In this document: positions 17,325-23,513 of the stretch, in pieces
Layout: the number at the start of each line of letters is the position of its first letter
How positions within the stretch are numbered: position 1 is the stretch's first letter
Source: Myxococcota bacterium
Lineage (GTDB): Bacteria > Myxococcota > UBA4151
NCBI GenBank assembly: GCA_040260805.1
Contig: JBDQPD010000051.1
Location: 1 to 23,513 of the forward strand
Direction of reading: 5' to 3'
DNA length: 23,513 nucleotides
Notes under the pieces: model-generated
Told to the model about the DNA's origin: nothing
The model's database searches: none
Seen by the model: only the letters and a program-made list of their open reading frames with translations
Translations under genes and position numbers: made by a program

Positions 17325-17632
17325 TCGGGCTCCATTGTCAGCTGTAGGGGCTGCTTGCGGTTGCGAGCGAACTCGCGCACCTCGGCGAGCAGGGTCTCAG
17401 CCATGTCTCGGGTGTACACGCCGATCGCCGCTGCGCCTTGATGGTGGACCAGCAGCATCAACTCCACGGAATCAGCCTGGGTTTTCTTAAAAAATCGAGT
17501 CAGGACTTCGACGACAAAATCCATGGTTGAGTAGTCATCATTGTGGATGACGATGCGAAATCGGCGCGGGCGTTTTGTGCGCACTGCCAGCTCGCCATCT
17601 ATTTCCTCTTCGGGTCGCTTGTGATCGGTCAC
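17321..17632 (-). CDS. clpS: Clp protease adaptor ClpS
   Basis: HNDDYSTMDFVVEVL, MLLVHHQG and AET motifs. GTG start with a GGAGG RBS; the stop overlaps the clpA start (ATGA). Confidence 0.95.
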   Translation of the reverse strand: MTDHKRPEEEIDGELAVRTKRPRRFRIVIHNDDYSTMDFVVEVLTRFFKKTQADSVELMLLVHHQGAAAIGVYTRDMAETLLAEVREFARNRKQPLQLTMEPE

Positions 17633-17681
17633 ACGGCCTCCGCCATAAAGCTAAGCATCGACGCTTGGACTTGTCGAGTAA

Positions 17682-18065
<384 letters not shown>

Positions 18066-18141
18066 TTTGGCCTGGCGAGCGTGTCGCTCAAAAGGTATCA
18101 CCTTGTGGTGTGGGTCTCGAGCAGTTGATTGGAGCGACAGT

Positions 18142-19227
18142 TTGCGTCTTTGGCTACTGCTCGGTTTGGCGTTCAGCGCCTGCTACGATGACCCCATCCT
18201 GATCAACCCGTACGAGCGGACCACTGCGGCTCAAGAGGTCGACCGGGAGCGCCAGACCGTGGTGCCGCCCGAGAGTTGCGGAAATGGTGAGCTCGATACC
18301 GGTGAGCAATGCGACGATGGCAACCGCATTGACAACGACGCCTGCACCAACCTGTGCCAAGAGCGCACCGTGACGGCGCAACTGCTCGCTCGTCCGATCA
18401 TTGACGCTGTGGCTGGGTCTCGACGCTTTGAACGCAACGACCAGGGCGAGGTGGTTTTAGCGCCGTTTCAGGCGGTTCGGTTCTCTGGGAGAAACTCAAC
18501 GGTTCCTCATGGTGAGGTGGCGGCTTACCAGTGGAGTCTCGAGGCCGCTGATGGCGGCTTGGTTCCGGCGGGGTCTCAGGTCTTCTTTGATGACCCGACC
18601 AAAGATCGCCCGCGGTTGATGTATTCGGTGCGCGGCGATGAACGCCCAGGCGTTGACCTGATCGGGAGCTACAGGGTGGCGCTTCGCGTCCAAGATGAGC
18701 AGGGCACATGGTCTAGCTTTGTCGGCGTCGCCTTTGAGGCGCGTCCGAACCGTGCCTTGTGGATTGAGCTTAACTGGGACCGTGACAGCCACGACGTGGA
18801 TTTGCATCTGATCCGCACGGGCGATCGTGATCTGGCCTTCGACAGCCAACAGGACTGCTTCTTTAGCAACTGCATCCCGCGGACACCCGGAGTTGCTAGC
18901 TTGAACTGGGGCGGCAGCTCAGCAGGCGATGACCCCCTCTTGGATGTTGATGATGTGGACGGTCTAGGGCCGGAGGTGATTTCGGTTCCTGCGCCCGAAG
19001 CCAACATGGATTACCTGATCGCTCTGCATATGTTCCGTCTGGATTTTGGCTCCGCAACGACGGTGTCGCTCAAGGTCTTGGTTGACGGCGAAGTCGTCGC
19101 CGAGTTGAGCCGTGAATTGCCCAGTCAAAACGACTGGTGGGAAGCCGTGCGCTTGCATTGGGGCGATGAGGTCGAGGTCGATATTGTCGACGAACACTTC
19201 GATGATGCACCCAATCGATTCCCCTGA
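18142..19227 (+). CDS. Putative lipoprotein with a Myxococcus cysteine-rich repeat, a PKD/Ig-like domain and a YfaP/DUF2135-like C-terminal domain
   Basis: GGAG at 18131-18134 followed by TTG 18142 gives MRLWLLLGLAFSA-C (lipobox). CGNGELDTGEQCDDGNRIDNDACTNLC; YQWSL...GSYRVALRVQD; IELNWD..DVDLHL...LDVDDVDGLGPEVI. Confidence 0.72.
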   Translation: MRLWLLLGLAFSACYDDPILINPYERTTAAQEVDRERQTVVPPESCGNGELDTGEQCDDGNRIDNDACTNLCQERTVTAQLLARPIIDAVAGSRRFERNDQGEVVLAPFQAVRFSGRNSTVPHGEVAAYQWSLEAADGGLVPAGSQVFFDDPTKDRPRLMYSVRGDERPGVDLIGSYRVALRVQDEQGTWSSFVGVAFEARPNRALWIELNWDRDSHDVDLHLIRTGDRDLAFDSQQDCFFSNCIPRTPGVASLNWGGSSAGDDPLLDVDDVDGLGPEVISVPAPEANMDYLIALHMFRLDFGSATTVSLKVLVDGEVVAELSRELPSQNDWWEAVRLHWGDEVEVDIVDEHFDDAPNRFP

Positions 19228-19314
19228 TTAACCTCTCGGCCAACGTTGCAAAAACCGCTGTGAGATTGGTGCGGTGTGATGCTAGCCACCTCCGCAGCAA
19301 CGGGTAGGTCTAAC

Positions 19315-20295
19315 GTGCACATTTTAGTCGTCGGCGGTGCGGGATACATCGGCTCACACATGGTTCGCTATTTACAAGAACGCGACCACAAGGTGACCGT
19401 TTTGGATAACCTCTCAACCGGGCATCGAGAAGCGGTCGGCTCGACTCATCTGATCGAGGCCGATCTCGCCGATCGAGAGGCGCTGCTGCGTACCTTAAGC
19501 GCCGATCCTTACGATGGTGTCATGCACTTTGCGAGCTTCATCCAAGTCGGTGAATCGGTTTCTGATCCGTCAAAATATTATCGAAACAACGTCACGAATA
19601 CGCAAAACTTAATGGACGCTATGGTGGCGACGCAGACGAATCACCTGGTCTTTTCATCGACCGCAGCGATCTTTGGTGATCCTGAATACACCCCGATCGA
19701 TGAGGCTCACCCCAAGGCGCCGATCAACCCCTACGGCCGCAGCAAGTGGATCGTTGAGCAGATGCTTGATGATTACGACAAAGCCTATGGTCTTCGATCG
19801 ACTCGCTTGCGTTATTTTAACGCCGCGGGTGCTCACCCAAGCGGTGAACTCGGTGAATGCCACGAGCCTGAAACCCATCTGATCCCGCTGATCTTACAGG
19901 CGGCTACTGGACAACGTTCACAGATCAAGGTCTTCGGTCGTGATTATCCGACGCCTGACGGTACTTGCGTTCGAGATTACATTCATATTTGCGATTTAGC
20001 ATCGGCTCATGATTTAGCCTTGAAACGCCTCATAGAGCACCAAAAAACCGAGTGCTTTAATCTCGGCAACGGAATGGGTTTTTCGGTCCAGCAGGTGATC
20101 GATCTGGTGAAGTCCGTGAGTGGCGTTGACTTTCATGTTGATGACGCACCGAGACGTCCCGGAGACCCGGCGGTGCTGGTGGCTGATTCGAGCACAGCTC
20201 GCGACGTATTGGGCTGGTCTCCCGAGTTCGTGGATCTCCGCACGATCATTGAGCACGCCTGGCAATTTGAGCGGCAGCGATACCTTCAACGATGA
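19315..20295 (+). CDS. galE: UDP-glucose 4-epimerase
   Basis: GGAGYIGSH, HFASFIQVGES, FSSTAA, YGRSK (YxxxK), LRYFNAAGA and DGTCVRDYIH. GTG 19315 is the likely start. Confidence 0.94.
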   Translation: MHILVVGGAGYIGSHMVRYLQERDHKVTVLDNLSTGHREAVGSTHLIEADLADREALLRTLSADPYDGVMHFASFIQVGESVSDPSKYYRNNVTNTQNLMDAMVATQTNHLVFSSTAAIFGDPEYTPIDEAHPKAPINPYGRSKWIVEQMLDDYDKAYGLRSTRLRYFNAAGAHPSGELGECHEPETHLIPLILQAATGQRSQIKVFGRDYPTPDGTCVRDYIHICDLASAHDLALKRLIEHQKTECFNLGNGMGFSVQQVIDLVKSVSGVDFHVDDAPRRPGDPAVLVADSSTARDVLGWSPEFVDLRTIIEHAWQFERQRYLQR

Positions 20296-21455
20296 AGATT
20301 TTGATGGTGCATAACCGCTATCAAATTGCGGGAGGTGAGGATTCGGTCGTCGATGCTGAGGTCGCCCTACTGCGCCAGAGTGGGCATGAGGTAGTGATGC
20401 ATCATGCGAACAATGACGGCATTAAAGGCCCTCTTAGAAAGTTCAGCGCAGCGTTGTCTGCGACCTACTCTTCCATCGCAAAACGGGAGCTCGCTGTCGT
20501 GCTTGACCGCGAGCGGCCGGACGTCGCTCACGTCCACAACTTCTTTCCGGTGTTGAGCCCCTCAATCTATGATGCCTGTGCGCAAGCTCGAATTCCTGTG
20601 GTTCAGACGCTCCACAACTATCGAACGATCTGTCCTGGAGCGCTGCTGATGCGCGATCAGAAGGTATGCGAGCTTTGTGTCACAGGCTCGCCGTATCAAG
20701 CGGTAAAGTACGGCTGTTATCGAGAATCAAAACTTGGAACGCTTGCGGTTGCTCGGATGGTAGCGACGCACCGGAAGCGCCGAACTTGGTCAACTAAAAT
20801 ACAGCGTATCATTGCCCTGACAGCCTTCGCTCGTGCCAAGTTTGGTGAGGCGGGATTTGACACCGACCGGATCGCGATCAAACCCAATTTTATCGCTGAC
20901 CCTATAGAGGACGGCGACCTCGGAGCGCACGATCAAGGGGCTTTATTTGTCGGTCGTATAAGCGTTGAGAAGGGGGTTGATGTGATGATCGACGCCTGGC
21001 GTGACCAAGAGCTGCCGCTGCGTATCGCTGGTGACGGACCGCGTTATGATGAGCTGCGGACCTCGGCGCTCCCCGATTCCGTTGGGTTTCTGGGACGCCA
21101 AACCAAAAACCAAGTCTATCAAGCGATGCGTCAGGCCCGGTTTATGGTGATGCCGTCGGTTTGGTATGAAGGTTTTCCCATGGTCATTGTGGAGGCGTTT
21201 GCCCACGGGTTGCCGGTGGTGTGCTCGAGGTTGGGTGGAATGGCTGAGGTCGTTGAGGATGGTGTCAGTGGTCTTCACTTTGAACCTGGAAACCCCGAGG
21301 ATTTAGCGGCTAAAGTTCAAGTTCTGATCGATGATCCGGAACGCTGTAGAGCGATGGGGCGAGCTGCTCGAGACCAGTTTTTGGCTGCTTATGGACCCGA
21401 GCAAAATATCGCTCATCTCGAGCGTATCTACCGAGACGCAGCGCAGGCTCTCTAA
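20292..21455 (+). CDS. Glycosyltransferase family 4 (GT-B fold)
   Basis: MKILMVHNRYQIAGGED, HVHNFFP, TLHNYR, FVGRISVEKG and PSVWYEGFPMVIVEAFAHGLPVV (E-x7-E). ATGA overlap with galE. Confidence 0.92.
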   Translation: MKILMVHNRYQIAGGEDSVVDAEVALLRQSGHEVVMHHANNDGIKGPLRKFSAALSATYSSIAKRELAVVLDRERPDVAHVHNFFPVLSPSIYDACAQARIPVVQTLHNYRTICPGALLMRDQKVCELCVTGSPYQAVKYGCYRESKLGTLAVARMVATHRKRRTWSTKIQRIIALTAFARAKFGEAGFDTDRIAIKPNFIADPIEDGDLGAHDQGALFVGRISVEKGVDVMIDAWRDQELPLRIAGDGPRYDELRTSALPDSVGFLGRQTKNQVYQAMRQARFMVMPSVWYEGFPMVIVEAFAHGLPVVCSRLGGMAEVVEDGVSGLHFEPGNPEDLAAKVQVLIDDPERCRAMGRAARDQFLAAYGPEQNIAHLERIYRDAAQAL

Positions 21456-23513
21456 AGGCTCCCAAGGTCGGGGGCAAATCCTCGTCGCATATCGTTTTCG
21501 CAGACATGGCGCGCATCGACGAACTGCAGCAGATAGTCTGGGCCGCCAGCCTTTCCACCGATTCCGCTCATCTTAAACCCGCCAAAGGGGTGTCGCTCAA
21601 CCAGCGCACCGGTGCAGGTTCTGTTGATGTATAAGTTACCGACAGCGAAGCGTCGCTTAGCTTCTTCGATGCGCAAAGGAGAGCGCGAGTATAATCCACC
21701 GGTCAGCGCAAAGCGCGTGCCGTTTGCGAGCTCAAAGGCGTGGTCAAAGTCTCGGGCGCGAAGCACAGCAAGGACGGGCCCAAAAACCTCTTCTTGCGCC
21801 AGCCGGTCATCGCCTTGGATTCCCTGGTAAACAGTAGCCGCTGCGAAGTGTCCGCCCTCAGGTGGTAGCGATTGGGCAAGGAGCTCGCCTTCTTCAGCCC
21901 CGAGACGTTGGTACTGTTTCACCTTGGCTAAGGCCTCGGCATCGACAACGGGTCCAAAGTCCATCCCCGGCTGGGTTGAAGATCCGATATGAAGCGCATC
22001 CACAGCGTCTTTGAGGCGAGCGCAAAAGGCGTCATGGATTTTATCCAAAACAATCACCCGCGAGCAGGCAGAGCACTTTTGCCCAGCAAAACCAAAGGCT
22101 GATTTAACCACCCCGTAAACGGCCTCATCGAGATCAGCATCATCGTCCACGATGATCGCGTTTTTACCGCCCATCTCGCAGACCACTCGGCGGACTTGGG
22201 CTTGTCCGGTAGCGGTCACACCCGCAGCTTCAATGATTTTGAGCCCGACATCCATAGAGCCTGTAAACGCTACAATGGAAGTGCGTGGGTCGTTGACCAA
22301 GGTCGCGCCGACGCGTTCACCGCGCCCTGGCAAGAGCTGGATAACATCGCTTGGAAACCCAGCGGCTTGAATAGCGCGCATCAAAAGATCGGCAATGGCG
22401 CTGCTTTGTTCAGCGGGTTTCATTAACACGGTGTTGCCGACAACGGCTGCGGCCGCAGTCATCCCAGCTAGAATCGCCAACGGAAAATTCCACGGTGCGA
22501 TCACCACCGCAGGGCCTCGGGCGCTGTAGCATAAGGTGTTGGATTCACCCGGAACACTACCTTGCAGGGGTCGAGGGGTTTGTAAGGCGATCGCTTGCCG
22601 AGCGTAATATTCGCAAAAGTCGATAGCTTCGGCCACGTCAGCGTCCGCTTCGGGGAGCGATTTGCCGACCTCAAGCGCCATGAGGGCGGTCGCTTCAAGA
22701 CGTCGTTGGCGGAGCTCATCAGCGAGGTTGAAGAGCAGTTGGGCTCGTTCACTGACCGGCGCGCTTGACCACTGCGCAAAGGCGTTGTGCGCACGCGCCA
22801 TCGCCTTGTCAGCCTGCTCGAGACTGGCGCCTTCAACGTGAGCCACAACCACATCGCTTCGGTTCGGGCTCTCACGCTCCCAAGGGGTGTCTTCACCTGC
22901 CTCAAACTGCCCACCAATGCAGGGCTGAACGCGCAGGGGGAGCTTGCCCTCAAGTGCTGCTACCGCCTCATCCCACTGATGCTGACTCGCAATCCGATGG
23001 GGGTGAGTGAGCGGTTCGTTGGCGAAGTCGGTCGGCTCACTCGATTTGCCGAGCTGGACCGAGCGCGTCTTGCGAGCGGGCGCCTCAGCATCGCCGCCTT
23101 GACTGACCGGATCGGCCAGGAGTTGCTCGGCGCTGAGGCCTTCACCGGCCTGAACGAGCCAGCCCTCGTTGCTGGTGTTCTCCAGCAAACGACGAACCAA
23201 GTACGCCATGCCCGGCAGCATCTCGCCAACGGGTGTATAAATTCGAAGTCTGTAGCCTCGTGCGCTGACCGCATCCATTAAGCCCTCAGCCATTCCGTAG
23301 AGCATCTGAAACTCAACATCGTGTGCTGGAATATGACGCGCTTCAGCCTCGGCCATCGCCACGGCAATGGAGCGGGCGTTGTGACTGGCGATCGCGGGCC
23401 GGAGCCACTCAATATGATCGAGCAAATAGCGTGTCAGCCGTTCATAGTTCGCGTCGGTGTCGGCTTTGTTGAGGTAGACCGGAACCGACCAACCCTCTTG
23501 TTGGGCTTGGATC
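21452..23513 (-). CDS. putA: Bifunctional proline dehydrogenase / L-glutamate gamma-semialdehyde dehydrogenase, 5'-truncated by the window
   Basis: The frame is open to the window end (IQAQQEGWSVPVYLNKADTDANYE...). PRODH motifs ASHN, EFQMLYGMA and YLVRRLLENTSN; ALDH motifs PWNFPLAI, FTGS, EMGGKN, AGQKCSACSR and EEVFGP. Confidence 0.95.
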   Translation of the reverse strand, partial: IQAQQEGWSVPVYLNKADTDANYERLTRYLLDHIEWLRPAIASHNARSIAVAMAEAEARHIPAHDVEFQMLYGMAEGLMDAVSARGYRLRIYTPVGEMLPGMAYLVRRLLENTSNEGWLVQAGEGLSAEQLLADPVSQGGDAEAPARKTRSVQLGKSSEPTDFANEPLTHPHRIASQHQWDEAVAALEGKLPLRVQPCIGGQFEAGEDTPWERESPNRSDVVVAHVEGASLEQADKAMARAHNAFAQWSSAPVSERAQLLFNLADELRQRRLEATALMALEVGKSLPEADADVAEAIDFCEYYARQAIALQTPRPLQGSVPGESNTLCYSARGPAVVIAPWNFPLAILAGMTAAAAVVGNTVLMKPAEQSSAIADLLMRAIQAAGFPSDVIQLLPGRGERVGATLVNDPRTSIVAFTGSMDVGLKIIEAAGVTATGQAQVRRVVCEMGGKNAIIVDDDADLDEAVYGVVKSAFGFAGQKCSACSRVIVLDKIHDAFCARLKDAVDALHIGSSTQPGMDFGPVVDAEALAKVKQYQRLGAEEGELLAQSLPPEGGHFAAATVYQGIQGDDRLAQEEVFGPVLAVLRARDFDHAFELANGTRFALTGGLYSRSPLRIEEAKRRFAVGNLYINRTCTGALVERHPFGGFKMSGIGGKAGGPDYLLQFVDARHVCENDMRRGFAPDLGSL

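Noticed and set aside
14371..17632. aat-clpA-clpS cluster as a novel system in itself
   Set aside because: This is the well-known N-degron pathway grouping. Only the coupling of aat to the kinase operon is noted as a finding.

Overview
A compact, GC-rich bacterial chromosomal segment. A Myxococcus-type cysteine-rich repeat lipoprotein and a myxobacterial-style DsbA suggest Myxococcota/deltaproteobacteria, but this is inference. Gene order: gcvP (cut off at the left end by a perfect 142-bp fold-back palindrome, most likely an assembly or amplification artefact), DsbA-like thioredoxin, tsaB, D-Ala-D-Ala dipeptidase (all minus strand); udk and a DinG helicase (plus); three hybrid histidine kinases; aat, clpA, clpS (N-degron pathway); a HIT hydrolase; a Cys-rich lipoprotein; galE; a GT4 glycosyltransferase; and the 3' part of putA. 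I saw no RNA genes, CRISPR arrays or mobile elements. The most notable element is the signalling cluster at 6904-15060. It contains a membrane-bound pseudo-histidine kinase (phospho-His replaced by Ser, N/G1/F/G2 boxes all eroded, receiver intact) that carries the only extracytoplasmic sensor. It is divergent from an intact but sensor-less membrane kinase and a soluble REC-HK-REC-HPt kinase. The cluster has no response-regulator output gene, and its last gene overlaps the start of aat, which lies next to clpSA.
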